64,000 bases of DNA from Lingula anatina (GCA_051362555.1 CM120646.1:7998001-8062000), one strand, 5' to 3'. Counted from the first letter of the stretch, positions 23,401 to 38,200 are shown. The notes: generated by a model not told the origin, from the sequence alone. Translations and numbers: made by a program.

Positions 23401-23981
23401 ATCCATATCTTGATTTTGATTAATCAGAAATCGTAAACCAGAAATAACACAGGACATTTAAGTCGGGCTCACGATATTGCCTGATGAGCAAGTAATCCTC
23501 GCGGAAATGCCTTGATCAGCAACATTGTGGAAGCAGTAAAAGAAACGACGCGAAACAGGACAATAATAAAAAAAGAAAATAGTGACATACCAAAAAAGTA
23601 ACTAAAATTGTTAAATTTGAGGTTTGGTCCGTATAAGATATGTTTGCGTACGTTTATCATTTTCAAACTTTTTAACATATGGCAAGGTTATTGAAAAGAA
23701 TACAATCGATGTACACAGAGATAGTACTAATATTTAATAGGCAAAACAGGTTAGACTACTTGTCCATATACCTTTTACAAAGATTTCTACAAGCAGCAGA
23801 TACATTTATTCAGCGTCTTAAATCTTATATTTTAAATAGACTTTGCAAAATGAAATTAAGCACTGTAAAAAATGAAAATTTTGATTAAGATGTTAAAACA
23901 AACACTGGTATAGCGTCACAATATCCTACCTGGATTAAACAGCATGCAGACATAGATACAGGACAGCATCGGGTCTGGCAT
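14492..23981 (-). CDS. FAD-linked aldonolactone oxidase-like (L-gulonolactone oxidase/ALO family) protein, probably secreted; exons ~23930-23981, 22616-22713, 19380-19487, 18907-19068, 18469-18638, 18058-18225, 17145-17362, 16345-16437, 15772-15926, 15006-15239, 14492-14695
   Basis: Spliced translation contains FSNW, KPKSAEEIQRIV, VRAVGSAHS (flavin-attachment His position), VTVAAG, VTIGGAIATASH, LRCNLGLLGILFEIEL and C-terminal GLPHWGK...LDPLGVF. Splice phases are consistent. The first two exons are less certain and internal boundaries are approximate to a few bp. Confidence 0.8.
17662..17859. mobile_element. Probable degenerate MITE in intron
   Basis: Imperfect TIR TTCCCAGAGATTTAGATCG / CGATCTAAAATCTATGGGAA; no clear TSD. 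Confidence 0.5.
19783..22585. mobile_element. Non-autonomous DNA transposon with TAG..CTA termini and long imperfect TIRs (Academ-like), 2,803 bp
   Basis: TAGTCCGGTGGCTTAAGG / CCTTAAGCCACCGGACTA ends; 3-bp TSD CTT (19780-82, 22586-88); arms remain complementary for >300 bp; recurring TCCAAGATGGCCGCC / GGCGGCCATCTTGGA-like motifs; no transposase ORF. Confidence 0.8.
20129..20249. mobile_element. 121-bp palindromic MITE nested in the Academ-like element
   Basis: CCCTTACGAAAAAGTC...GACTTTTTCGTTAGGG, 2-bp TSD AG, internal CCTATAGGAT 10-mers. Confidence 0.8.
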
Positions 23982-26529
23982 ATTGAGCCTTTTTTGTTGC
24001 AGACAGATGCGGTGATGAATGAAGTGCCTTGGTTTCAGAGGATCTCTTATTATATTGTATGCATAACCGGTGATTTGCCACGATAGTTATTCATTGGTTG
24101 GCACTATTGGCAAATGAAATTACCAGCATGTTTTATTTGTGATTCGTCACATATGGCACAACAGTAGGCCCTATCAGTATTAATTGCATTTGACGATTCT
24201 GTGTTAATTTTGTATTGCTTGTTACAGGCGATATTGCCGGCGCATAGAGTTTCACTCGTATCGCTAAATAGTAAAACTACCCATACAGCGGTTTCTTGAG
24301 CAGTATTAGTCTCGTATGACGTGACGCAGTACAGACCAGTAACGAAACTTTTGATATCTTAGCATGTTTAATGCCGAAAACTATGTTATCATAGCATTCC
24401 CGGTATTCTTTCAAAATCGGTGAACTTGTTTGTTTTCTGTATATGGCTAGAGCACTTTGGCACACCAGTGGCTGAGTGGGCCTATCTCTTAAATTATCAA
24501 TTACTGGTCTGGCAACGACTAAACTATAAAGTAAAAAAGTTTTCACTTTCCAAAACGTTACTTTCTGTAAGTCAGCAATTCGTAACAAATGGAATCTGTG
24601 TGTGTTTTATTGACCGATGCGCAGATTTGCTACCACCCATCTATTCCATGATACTCCACACTGTGCATATGAGAAATGTAATATTTCTGAAACTGTTTGT
24701 TCGGAAAATTGTCGAAGCCACTACGCTAGCACATACAGTCATTTGATATATTTATTCAAATAGCTTACAGTCATTACGTGATATTCCCCTTTTTCGGCTT
24801 TTTATTATAAAACGATTTCGTTTTTAATGGACAATACCCCAATAAAGCATCGTGTATTGAGGGAAAATCTCACCTTAAGAATATGGTCGTAGAGCATATA
24901 TTTTCAGATTTGATTTTAGATGAAATGTCTCCTAATGCACTCGCTCAAAGAGCCAGATTACCCCGATGACCCGCTACCAGATGTACATGTATCAATGCTA
25001 CAAATACAATTTTCACTCGATATCTACAAATATTGCCCGACTTATTCTGTGTATTAATTTGAAGTTCTTTCGCAGCTACTCTTTGGCAGAGAGACGCGTC
25101 AGATTAAGACAATGTCCAGAGCTACTGGACGTATCCTCGCTCTGAAAATGTGGTTAAGATTCAAAGGCCTTTACGAGCAAATCCGAATTGTTTTTGCTTG
25201 TAAGACTATCTGGTGTTCATTGTTTTATAAATCGTCGGTCTCTATTTTTTAGTTCTGTAAGACTAATTTTTTGTGCAATAAACAGCTAGCCCCAGCTACG
25301 AAAATGAATTTGGCGACCATTTAAAATATACTTCAAAGCTATCCCAAACAAAATGCCTACAAGCTTGCTGAAATGTTACATGAATCATTAGGTTATTTAT
25401 AAATCCTCGCCTCTTTTTATGACAACTAAAAAACTGGGCAACTGTGAGTACCAGCATTTTAATAAAACATTTTGTCAAAATTATCGATTCAAAGCATTTG
25501 TCGGCTGTACGTTTTCAAATGACAAATACTGCACAGACAGATCGATAAAAACAACCTTACGTTAAAAACTTTGCAAATAATTGAATAGGTTTTGCAACCA
25601 CTATAAAAAGAACACGTCCGATTTTGTTAAAAACGTCATTATTTGGAAAAACTTGGCTTGTATGAAGGCTAATTTGTAGAATTTGAGGAGACGCGGCTTT
25701 TGAGAGCAGGGAGAAAGATACAGCTGAAAATGATTTGACTTTTCATTTATTGTAAGATAAACATGTAAACTCTCGCTGGATGCCAAACCCAATTGTGTTT
25801 GTCTCAAGGATGTCTTCTTTTCCAAAATAACCTTTATCGAGTAGCATGCTATTAACTGCAAAAAGAAATTTTATTCCATCCACCAAGATACTTGGTTAAC
25901 TTTGAGAGTTTTTTTTAATGCATTATGGTAATTTAATGCAGCGTTATCATTATAACACGTTAAGCATGAATTTATCGACCAAGGTAACAGCCAGCAAGGA
26001 TCACCTATTACAGAATATCTGAAAACCGTAAACTATAAACAAGCTAAACCAAAGGCATACAGCTATTTGATTTACTTCAAAGAAGGACCCAAGCAAGCTT
26101 TTTTTAACATTTACTTAATAATAACATCTTTCAACTATCAAAGAAGAGACACCTTTAAAGGTGGTCTTTTAAGGTTAACCTTGAAGCATTTTTGAAGCAG
26201 GTATCTTTGTTGAATCATTATCATAAAGAAATTACTTCAAGGCGGTTACTTCACAATAAAATAGCAGCACACAAATATTATTTCCTTACATTCATGTCCT
26301 ATGAATGTACAAGCTTCACATATAAATAACATAAAATATACACTGCTAAGTCACTTCAATATTATCAAAATAACTTGCTGCAGTGTTTCATATCATTATC
26401 TCTTTTCACCACACACAAAAAAGATTACTGATAATTCTTCAATGTTTCAATATAATACAGCTCATAAATGAATCAGCTGCACAGATTTATAAATCTTCAG
26501 TTTTTTTTCCTTATAGGCATAAAGACAGT

Positions 26530-28493
26530 TTACTCTGGTGCCTTGAGTGACAGTGAAGCCAGGTAGAGTGCGACAAGAATGGAGAGTACAGAGACAAAGT
26601 AGCCAGTTCTGTACAGAGTGGGGAGGTCAAAACCTTTGCCCAGGTCCCAGGCCTGAAACAGAAAAGATGCATCCATCAGAAAAATTTGGTTGAGTTAATT
26701 TCTTGGATTATGATATCACATTCAATTGGGGCCACATTACTAGGATTTATTAGAATCAGAGAAATTGTACGAGTTACACCATGATTCAGTATGTTTCAGC
26801 TAACAACAAAGAGCAAAATCTGTTTCATAAAATGCATTTGTTTGAATGTATATCTCTGAATTAGAACTAAACAATATATTACATCCATCCATGTGCCTGA
26901 AAACACCTGTCACTGTTATAATACTACAGCCTACTTACCAGATGTCTGACTCCATTGATGCAGTGATAGCAAAATGGCAAAGCAATGATGAATTTGGCTA
27001 GAAAGAGAAAGGATGGGCCCACTGCATAACCCTCTATATGGAGGTCCTTAAGGAAGGTGATGTACCACTGATAATCCACTGGGGAAGCCAGCATCACCCA
27101 GCTGAAGACATAGGTTGCTAAAAGAAAAATAAGTTGTGTAAGTAATACAGTAAATCTGAATATGTGGAAGTTTTAATTTTTTTCTTTTTGCAAAGTATGC
27201 AAAAAAGGTTTATCCCTTTGGCAGAGAAGAGCAAATACTTATATTCATTCAGTTCTTACCTGTCAGGAAATGCTACAAAACTTAACATGGTAAGTGCTTG
27301 GGTTTGAAGAAGATAAATATCAGCAAAAAATAACCCTCACTCACCACAAATCATTGCAACTCCAGTGAATCTGTGGAAAAATGAAAGTGTCATTGGCAAC
27401 TGGCTCCTGAAAGGAAGGGAACAATATACAAATCATATAAAAGTTACTAACAGATTTTTATACCCAAATGACAATAATACATCGAATTTCAGATTTTGTT
27501 TATTTCATGACAAAGAAAGATTAAAAAGCAACAACTATAGTAATGTACACACTGTGAGCATGTGAGTGGGTGTGTGTGTGGGTGTGTGTTACAGACAGAG
27601 AGAAAGAGAGTGACACTGCATGAAATGTTTGAAGCTATTGAGATACTAGTGACATTTTTCTACTACTGGTTTATGTTCACTCACCGCCAAATTGTAAGAT
27701 GTGGAGAAATGGGTCTCTTCAGAGTTTCATTTTTCTTCCAGAAATCGAGCATTTCACCTTGGGCCACCTCTTGGATAGTCTTTGGAGGTTTAGTAGTCAG
27801 GGCTTTCACAGATGCCATGGGGACTCTGGATATATACATATACATATTTATAAAAGGAAGAAAAGAAAAAAACAAATGTTCTTTAACAGTCTCACTATCA
27901 ATGATCAGGGTCAAAAACCTTTGTTTTAAAAGCAATGTTTAGTCTGAGAAGGGGAGGCTGAGATTAGCAAGCCTTGATTATCATTACATTACCTACTAAC
28001 CTACCAAATCCCCAGATCTAAAAAGAACACAATTTAAAACGTGTTAAGCCCTGAAATTACTGAATACAGCAATCTCGTATATACATGTAAATAGGAATTT
28101 CAAGGCTCGAGTCTACAGACTGTTATGCCTGGACAATATAATAGTACTCACAGTTTAGACATGATGGGACTGGATACCTGCTTGGATGACAGGAGGCCAT
28201 AATGCCTACCTGCTACCCTAAAATCAGCAGAAAATCAACGACGTAAATGTGGCGAAAATAAATACATAATGTGCTACAACCGAGCTCACCGCTTGGCTGT
28301 TTCGTAATAATTTTCACCTCTCTAAACGAAAATTTGACATTTGACAATATCATTATAAAGTTAAGTTTTAAATAAAAAGATTGAATAACGCATTTTCACA
28401 AATCGGCATTCTTTTTAAATGCAAAAAGCAAACATATACCCAATGTTATGAAAAATTAGAAGCAAACGAAGGTCACCTGAAGAGCATCGCCAT
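26530..28493 (-). CDS. SDHC: Succinate dehydrogenase cytochrome b560 subunit; exons 28477-28493, ~28152-28217, ~27685-27827, ~27345-27406, ~26939-27117, 26530-~26652
   Basis: Spliced protein has FWKKNETLKRPISPHLTIW, LSFFHRFTG, YHCINGVRHL|AWDLGKGF, after an N-terminal mitochondrial-type leader MAMLFRVAGRH... Confidence 0.95.
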
Positions 28494-28926
28494 CTTGAAT
28501 GATTTGACCTTTTCTGACCTCTCGTGTGTTACCGTATTGAACGAGATCCGCCAGATTAGAAATCAGAGACAGGTGAATTTACCTGGAAGATTCATTCACA
28601 GGTATTTTACTGGGACACACTCTTCTATATTTAGACTAATGCATTCAGAGAGAGGAAATTAGAGGTGTCAATGTTTAAATATGTCTGTTTTCAAGATAAG
28701 CGGTATTTTTTCTTGCAGCTTTAGAATTGACTAGCTTTATTATCTCGAGAAAAGTGTGGCGCCCAGAAATTGGCTAATTATTTGACGAGGCACTGCAGCA
28801 GGCTTGTGATTTTTAATTTACTCTAGGTGTATTTGAAAATATGTATTATGTGATGTCCCTGATTAAAAGAGTAAATCTCGCTTTCCAGACAGGGATACTA
28901 AAGATATCGATAACAACATTGGGACA
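28494..28926. promoter_or_regulatory. Probable bidirectional promoter/5'UTR region of SDHC and CKS1
   Basis: Divergent ATGs only 433 bp apart; a possible CKS1 5'UTR donor (cag|gtgaat ~28572) would shrink the intergenic part further. Confidence 0.6.
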
Positions 28927-29808
28927 ATGCCATCTTCTGAAATCCAATACTCTGAAAAGTACTTTGATGATAAATATGAGTACAGGTAAGGCGTCAGTGA
29001 TCCCCAGAATAAACTGAAACGACACGCGGGTTTTTGTAACCATTTCATACTTCAGTCGATACTAAAAACAAGTATATTCTCTTAATAAAATGTATAATGT
29101 ATTATACTGCTCATATCATTCTTGGTCAATTGTCTTTAATTATAATTTATTTATTTATCTATCATTATTATTATTCATTAATTTGCATTTTCTTTGAAAA
29201 AAATGTTGACTAGTAAATGAATAAAGCTTATGTTGAATTGCCAGCTTTCCAAGTGATTTTGCCTTTTGTTAAACTTTTAAACTAAATCAATCTTTTCAGA
29301 CATGTTATCTTGCCAAGTGACATTGCCGAGATGGTTCCTAAGACTCATTTAATGACAGAGACAGAATGGAGAAATATAGGAGTACAGCAGTCTCCAGGAT
29401 GGGTACATTATATGGCTCATAGCCCTGGTAGGTCCAATGCACTGGTAGATTTATTAGCTGATATCAGTTTTTAGACACACTTGCTTTATTATCTTTAAAA
29501 AACAGTGGTGTTGTACATTAAGTATTACTTAGGCAGTCAGTAATAAATCGCTGATGTAAAGAGTAATGTGACTCTGACACCAATCTGATAATTTTACATC
29601 TATTCTAATCCTGTGTACTGTTAATTATACTAATAAATTTTAAACTCTTTGTAAATATACATAAGACATAATTTTTAAAGTGAAAATGTACCGAGTCAAA
29701 TTTATAAATAAAAATAAGAATTCCCTTTTTTTTTTTTCAGAGCCTCACATCTTGCTGTTCAGGAGGCCGCTGCCTGTTTCTCATTCACAAGCTACAAGTC
29801 ATGGTTGA
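28927..29808 (+). CDS. CKS1: Cyclin-dependent kinases regulatory subunit; exons 28927-28985, 29300-29427, 29741-29808
   Basis: [20 protein letters not shown]|[42 protein letters not shown]|[12 protein letters not shown]...; missed by the ORF track because the exons are short. Confidence 0.97.
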
Positions 29809-32217
29809 TTCATACATGTAGCACAGTCATGACAGGACTAAAAACATTTGGACCACATCTTATATGTGTGATAAAAACACCAGTGGGATAGAGTTATTTG
29901 GAATCATGGAATATGTTATTCCATATTAACTCAAAATGGGGCAAATACCAATATAAGCAACAGTCTGTGATTATATATTTGTAGCCTTTTTGCCCAAGTC
30001 AAGTCATAAGGGTCTAAAACTTTACTGGTCCCTCTGGAAAAAAAATTACAATTTTTTTCGGGACAAGCTTTAATTTCACTGGAATGTGCCATGGGGCAGG
30101 TGGCTAATGTCACAGACTGCAAGTTGGAGTTGTCTTTGGTATCTGTAAACACGCTTGACACCCATAAAATAAGGGTTGGGTGTTGATGTTTTTCATGGGA
30201 CCAGTCCCAAGTCTGGGAGTCTGATTATCATCTTGCAGTGGAGTGAAGACATGCTATATTTTTATTTTTGAATCCCAGTTCCTGAGAGTGGAATTGGAAC
30301 CAGAACAGTTCAACTGAAATGTTCAGTAAGTCTGACACGTCTTCTAAAGATACTTTTTTAACCACAGGTGTGAATTAATTTTTATGTATCTCCAGGGGCA
30401 GCGGTTGCCTGTGCTCTGGTGGCTTGTTGATGCAGAATCATCATGATTATTATTCTATATCTATTGTTTTTACTTTTGGATGGGCCTCAATCCCATAAGT
30501 AACTGGCTGGACACAGAAAACTGTCAGAGTTCATGAAATAAGAAGTGTCAAAACCCCCAGGTTACTGTGAAACCTTGTCAGTGTCTATCTGCATCGGACA
30601 TTTTACGATTTGTTAATGATGAGTGATGATTGTCAATCAGTACAGGAGAAAACAAAGTTTTCTTTAAATTGTTTTCCTTTCAAACCTTTGTTACTTTGAG
30701 AGTTAATTTTTATCCAGTGGCACTACAATTATGAATTTTACTGCTTCCTTATGGAAATGCCATGTTAAAGTGTTTCCATATTACATTTACCTCGTCTTTT
30801 CATTTTTTGATTACAATGCAGTGAAGGATACTTACTTCATTTAAACTCAATTTGATAACAGTGATCTCTATGTTACCTTTTATTTTACAATTTGTGGATT
30901 CAAATTGTGAACACCAACTATCAGTTGTTATACAGAGCACAGCTCTTTTATTGATATAATACAGTAACACATAGACAAAAATATTTGTTCTTTGTATCAA
31001 ACTAAGCACTTTCAAGATGCATTGGAAAGTGTTACATTTAATTTAGCCAAAAAATCTTACAGAATCTAGGTTAATTTTTTCAAAGATTTTGAGTTGAAAA
31101 GTAAACTGCTTATTTACACAATTTCATTTGCTTAGTTTAGAAAACTTCAGCACCAATACCTGAGGACAAAAAAATTGTGTATGTTCAAGTTTTGTAATCA
31201 TGATTCAACTTAATACAATAAATTTATCACATAATTTCCTTACCTCCTTTCACTGAATAACCAACAACAACAAAAACTTATTTCTACACCCTGTTTGTAA
31301 AGAAAAATTACAACTATACAACTTCAAATAAGTTACATTGCCCATTTACATAAATATACATTATAACAAAACTGAAAAATTGCAGAGTTCTATGATTTTA
31401 CACAACCTGTTCAGCACAAAAGTGGTCAAATGAGAAAACAGTTTCACTGGATCTCAGTTTTGATATTTGAAAAAAATCATCAAGACTGAGGTAATTACCT
31501 GTTCACCTTCACCTGAACAGGTAATTCTATTGTGACCAAGTCTATCTGAGTGAACAGATGAAACAGTCAACAGGTAAATCAAATATGTGGATCTAACATA
31601 AATGAAAACTTTCTGACTATCAAAAGTGGTAAAAGTTTTGCCATTTTAATCCATCAGCTTTCCAGTGGCTGTTCCGATCAACTATATGTAAAGAACAACT
31701 CTGTAAAAAGGGCATATATCCAATATACCATACTCAACATGCACTGGTCAGTCCTTTATGTGGGGTTTACTATTGCCAGTCTTAACTTTTATTATTAAGA
31801 AAGTAATGCAAATGGTTTCATCTGCCTCCAAAGTAACAAGTATCTCTCAAAATCTCACTAATTTTTTTAGCTATTCAAAAATACTGAAGAGCAAGCTACA
31901 TTAAAGATAAATATGTAAATAAGTAAATAAAAAAAGCTTTTGAATGTGCATTGGTGACTTGTCTATTACATCACAGTAGATACACAACTTCTTGTCATTT
32001 ATCATTTTTAATGATAATTTAACTGAATAGTCTATAAAACGTGTCATACAATACATGAAAGATGTGAAAAAATTCTTTTCACTATGGATGGCTTGCTCTC
32101 CAATTCTCTTCAGTCTTGAAAGTTTCCGAGAAGAGGATTAATTTTTGAGCACAGATGGTGGTAACCTTGGTGAATGAACAACTGGTTTTATTCCCAGTGA
32201 AGATGCATACAGGAGAT

Positions 32218-35200
32218 TTAGAAGGAATCTGGCTTTGTGAACAGGAAGTCGGCTCTTGAATTTATGAAGTATGTGACAATCATGGCTACCACCATCAGCG
32301 CCACTCCTGTGGCAAACGTCAGGTTCTGGAAAAAAGCAACATTTTGGAATCAAATTCCAGGACTTTTTTCAAAAATAAATACAATAAAAAATCTAAAAAA
32401 ATTAGCCAATGTTAACTTCACAAAAGATATTTCATATACAAGAAAGAGGAATTTCTGTCATCTAAAAATGTCTAAAGTCAAAACTGCAACATTTCTTAAT
32501 TGTTCATATATCATTTACTAATCTTTATTTTTTATATATATACCCTAAATTAATGTCTTTTGTCATCAGCAACATCATTGGGTGAATCTTATATAAACCA
32601 ATTCATATTAGAACTAGAAATGCACCCTGGTAGAATTAATTTATAAAACCAAGCAAGTTAAGAGACATACCACCAAAACCAAGCCTAAAAGTGGAAGAAT
32701 GCATTCTATATTTATTTATTTCTATATTTATTGTTATTTATTTTTATTTAATAAAAGAGATATTAAAAGGTTCAATTATTTTTAATAGTGCATAAGTATT
32801 AGCAATGTTTGAAGTATAGATGTGACAGACTGGAATAAATGAAGGTGACAAAAGAGCCTTGTGGTTGCAATTTAAACAACCAATTTAGAACGACCCATGC
32901 AACATGCATACTCATGCCATGCAACTTTTGTTTAAGGGAGATTACTACATGCAGGTGTTATGTAGATACATTGTAAATATACTGCCTAAATCTAGAAGAT
33001 GATCACATCAAATTCCCTCCACTGGTTCTGAGAACAACAGGTAAGCTTTTCTGTCCAATTTAAATGCTATTACTATGGAAACAAGGGTCAAGCCAAGTCC
33101 AGAACCCAGTGTTATCCACTGAAATCAAAGTGGATGAAACCTGTCATTGATAAATACAGAAATAAATTGAACATCTCCAGACGATAAAATTAGTTTGAGA
33201 CACTAAAATTAATTGGGGTTAGGCATTCCACAAAGTTTGTTTGAGGCAAGACCTAATTTGATTTACAGTATGATGACTTATGTTGATTCTATGGAACATA
33301 TATCTAAACAGCAACTATCCACAAAATCCAAGACAGGGCAACTGGTATTGAAAATTCAGAAGTAAATTTGAAAGCTGTTGTCCCAGTAAATGCTATATAT
33401 ACCCTAAAGGACAGTCAATATACAATTCACTAACTTGAAGAGCATGGACCAGGATTAGACACATCTCTGAGGGGCAAAGACAAGGCAGGGATATGGTGAT
33501 AGTGCCCCCCTTAATTCAAGGGGCAATGGTCAAGACATAAATATAGAATCTGACAGGATTATTACTCCCATCTTTAGTTGCATGAAAAGGATAAGGATAA
33601 AATGTATTGGACTAGGGCTAAAGAAGGCCATGACTAATCATGTGTCCCTAATACTTCATACCAAAATGAAAAGGACGGTCTCATGTGTAGTGTCTACATC
33701 CAGAGAAGGGGAAAGGTGAGGTTTGTCTTTCATAAACTGAACCTGCTAGCTCCTCTCTTGGCAGTCAGCACTTAAGTTGGGGGTAAACTACCTGGTCTTG
33801 CAGCCAAAGATATTGTTCAATGACATATACTTGCCTTCAGCACCCCAAATGGCAGCTTGACTGAATCCTCTCTATTAGGTGGGGAAAATGTACAACCAGT
33901 TTGAATCAGGGCCAATAAAATATGCCATATACATATAAGCATCAGGCTTTTACTTATGAGCCATGGCAAGATATGGGTAAGGATAAAGTGTAACTCTTGA
34001 ACAGCATATGACTAAAGATTAGGGAAGTACCCTTTAATTTGAGCAATGGAAAGGCATAATTTAGGATAGGATGCATCCTTTTACTTGGGGAAAGAGCACG
34101 GCGTGGGGAAAGATGCTATAAATTTTTAACTTCTTGCCACCAGGACAATATGGGTAATTATGAGACCAATTCTTTTAGATCAGGGCAATTGCCAAGACTG
34201 TGTGTGATAACCCTAGGTGGCAGATCTACAAACTGAATCAGGAGAAGAGTTTTTACCTCCCAATAAGTAAAAAGCCTTGTCTTCATGTTTGTAGGAGAAG
34301 CATACTATACAAAGAAAAAATGCACATTTCCAAAATTAGCAAAGCATGCTTATCTCAGCTATATAACACAATATTATAATGTCTATTATCACTAAAAGCT
34401 AAGTTTTAAGAGGGAATACCATAAGAAGCAAATCACAGCTGATTAACTATGTGTGCAAAAGCTCAATGTAATGAAGGAGAACTGCAATCATAATACTTAC
34501 ACTCATGTGCTGACTTGGTGTTAGGAATATCCTAACCTGCATGGCGTCCCCTGCCCAGGAACTCTCTGTCCACGTCGAATACTGACCAGATGACCAGTCA
34601 TAGGTGTCAAAGTCTGAAACAGAGAGACAGAGACCATGTGTATATGACAAGAAATAATATAACATACATATAGGCACAGCAGCCTGTGCATAATATGGGG
34701 CAATTAGGGAGTGATGGAATGATACAAGGTAGGCAATGTTCACAGGCATCAACTAGATTATATTCTAAGTCCGGTAATTAATTTAGAAACTTTATTTTAG
34801 TTGCACAACGTCTGTTACCAGATAAACAATCATTGGACTTGTAGAATATACTGTATATTCACTGTTTCAACAGTTTCATGATAGCTCATCTTTTAATATG
34901 TACATTTTAACTGAACTACATTCAGCTTCATGCTTACCTTTCATTGTTACGGTATAAGCAATTCATTTATGTTTAACTTTTCTGAGTATCATTTACATTC
35001 TATATTTATACTTCTCAATCAAAAATTAACAAACATTAAGCGACAAATGCTTGCACCAGATACTTCATCCTGGTGACTGAGATTACATTTGCACCACTGA
35101 CTCACTTTCATCTAAAAATGCTGGTGATTCTGCCTCTGAGAAATTTGCAGTTGTCCTAATACACATCCCATCTGGAGGATGGCTGATCCAGTAGTAATTA

Positions 35201-38200
35201 TAAAGCTGAAACCAATCAGAAACAAATAACACACAACTGTAATTTGTATACTGCATATCGAGTGTGTCCATTTATGAGAGTTTTGAGAGTCTTGTGGTAC
35301 TTCGGGGAAAAAAGGCTTATTCTATAGGGATCAAAATGTACACTTTCCCATGAAGTTAATTTTGACCTTGAAAAATTACTATGCCTGTTATTAATTGCTG
35401 TTGAAACAAACTGTCATTTCACAGAAGGTTCTTGAAATATTTTGAGAAATTGACCTTTAAGAAGTATAATTTTTTCTCTCTTTCTACCCCTGCTCTTTCA
35501 AAAATGCTACTTTAAGTGAATAAGAAATGCCAACCCCCTCACTTTATTCAGTTGGGATCTGTCTACCTCTCACCTTACTGCTAGAAGAACAGTTACTGCT
35601 GGTATAACTGCTGTTCAGTCTATCTCCTGTATAGTAGGCCAGCAACTGCCGCACCCAGTGTGTGACTTGGTTCTGTGTGTTGGCTCTCTTTACTCCCACA
35701 TAGAATGGCTGTGGGGTTTCAGCTGAAACATGAAATAAATAAATATAAATTATGTAAATAAGTTAAGAATGACAATTACTTTCATACTTCAGTAAGAAGA
35801 CAACTTGAGGGTAAATGCAGTGGTTGCTCAGGATATTACTAAGATGGTTGAGTCTCAAGGGTAGAGGTTCCCATGTCAAATTTATGTCATGTGTATATCA
35901 TGTGCTCTATATGAAAAGAATAAACAGAAACACTCACCAAGCTGTTCAACATATTTTGGTTCCAGAACCTTTTTAAACAGGGCACACTTGGGGTTCTTTA
36001 AGAAGCAGTAGAGCATATGATTTATCTGGAAGAATATGATGAAAATATCATTAAAATAGTTTGCCAAACAAGTTCACTTTTTTCAATGTCTTTGATTGTT
36101 TTTATTTCCATGAAATACCAAATTTGAATTTTAACAGTATGGCTTCCTCTGAACTGCAATTACCGAATTTGTGATTAGAACAGTAAACTTCAATCAACTT
36201 ACCACTGAATGTCAGAGAGACACAAGGGTGTACAGTATGGATGTTTGAAAAAGATGAAACTAATACACATCTGGCCCAAAACTTGCCAATATATACTTCA
36301 ACAACATGCAATACCTTTACAGCAAGTGCATTTTAAAATATTACATTATCTTTAATCAAGTTAAATATTTTTACTCATACCTCGTCTAATGCTGCATTAA
36401 TCCTAGAGATATTCTGTGTACTATTAGTAGCCATGATGTAAAGTGACCGAGCCAGGGCAGTGGCCAGAATTTGAATATCTCTGCTCAGCTGAATAGTGGT
36501 GTTGAAGTTTTCTGGACGGTCAGATGGCCAGTCCATACCTTGACCCTTTAATGTATCCAGACGGCTGTTGTAAAACCTGAAACATATCACGCAGTCAAGG
36601 TTTCTGTACATATGATAAGTCATAATCTTATTGGTAATCATATACTGAATCTATTTGCAGTTTGGTTCTATCTAACTCTTTTCCAGTTAATTTATCCACC
36701 CAAGTAAAAAAATCAATAAAGGAGGGTGTCTTTTTCTACTGAATAAGTACTACCAACCTGGTGCATGTTCGACAATGTTTAAATTTTACAGTTGCATGAT
36801 TTCTTCCTATGAGGCAAGGTGCACAAAAAAGAAAAATTTACAGATCTAGTAGATATCTCAATGAGAAACAATTCACTCTCTAGAACTTGAACTGTCCTGA
36901 CCTGTTTTTAAACTCCCTCTCATGATCAGCCAAAACAACTCCTGAGATGTTAGCTTTCTTCAAGAAACTCTGGAAAGATGCAGGTGGCAGTGGCTGGGGC
37001 ACTGCAGTGCCCTCTATAGTCAAGTTGGTTATATTCATGCTGGCCACAGCTTCTTGGAAGTTAGACTTAAGTTTTGTTACCTGTAACACAATTAAGACAG
37101 TGGAGGACAAAATTCAGCAGTACATCAGGTAGTATCCTTATTCATAATAAATAAGAAAGTATATTAAATAATTCAGTGTCTCTAAATTTCAGCTGTTGAT
37201 TTGAAAAAACTGCCAGCATTACTGAGGATAATGATCTATTCTTATTAATTCCCCAAACCTACCTCTTTTGCCACCTGTCCATCTCTCTGACTGACAGGGT
37301 CGCTATGGAGATAGTAAGCCCCTCCCTCTGCCAGTCCCACCTGGCCCACCTCTACAAAGTGGGCAATGTGTGAAAAGTTCATGACATGAATGCCATACTT
37401 GTCTTTATTCTGTGGGAAAACACTAGTCTCTATGTCATATACCATACGTCCTGAGCCAATGTAGTCTAATGATTCCTAAATATAATTAATTTTATAGTTA
37501 GGTAAAGATTTTAAATGAATTTTTGATACTAATGGCAAAATGAATTACATAGACAAATAAGAAAAATATCACAAATATCAAATATTATCACCTAAATTCA
37601 TGACAAATGATTGGTTTTTGTTTAACAAAATAAATCATTACACGAAAATTTACACAATTCGACCAAAAAAGTTATCTCAGACTGTAGTAGTGCACCCCTG
37701 TATCTTACCCCTTGGAAGAAAGTGAACATGATATCCTTTGCATTCTTATCTTCTACTATATCCTGCTTGACCCGTCCAATAGCCTCTGCTGCAGCCAGTA
37801 AGGTAATAAAACTGACCACTGGGCTTTCAAGCTCAGCATACTGAGCTTCAAACAAACCAAATGAGTCCAACTGTAAAAAAAAATCACTAGGTAATCAATT
37901 TTAGTGCCCTCACCTTTATGAAGAGATATTATTAAGTAAAAGCAAAAACAGCAACAGCCAAATCAATAAGTCTGACTAAAGTAAATTTGCTGCGTCTTGC
38001 TGTTCAGATCCCCTGAGTGTGCGTTTAAATTTTGTGGACTTTTTACAGCCAAGTTAATCCCAGTTTTAATTTCTAAACATCACGGAAACGTTTCCACCAA
38101 ACTGAATATGAAGACTTTTCAAAATAAAAAATCTAACCTTTATAATCAGAAATATCATTAATTTGGCACAATTAAGAAGTACTTGCTTTATTCACTTCTA

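Noticed and set aside
32138-32353. 71-aa ORF from the track
   Set aside because: Wrong frame; the real nicastrin TM exon is 32218-32325
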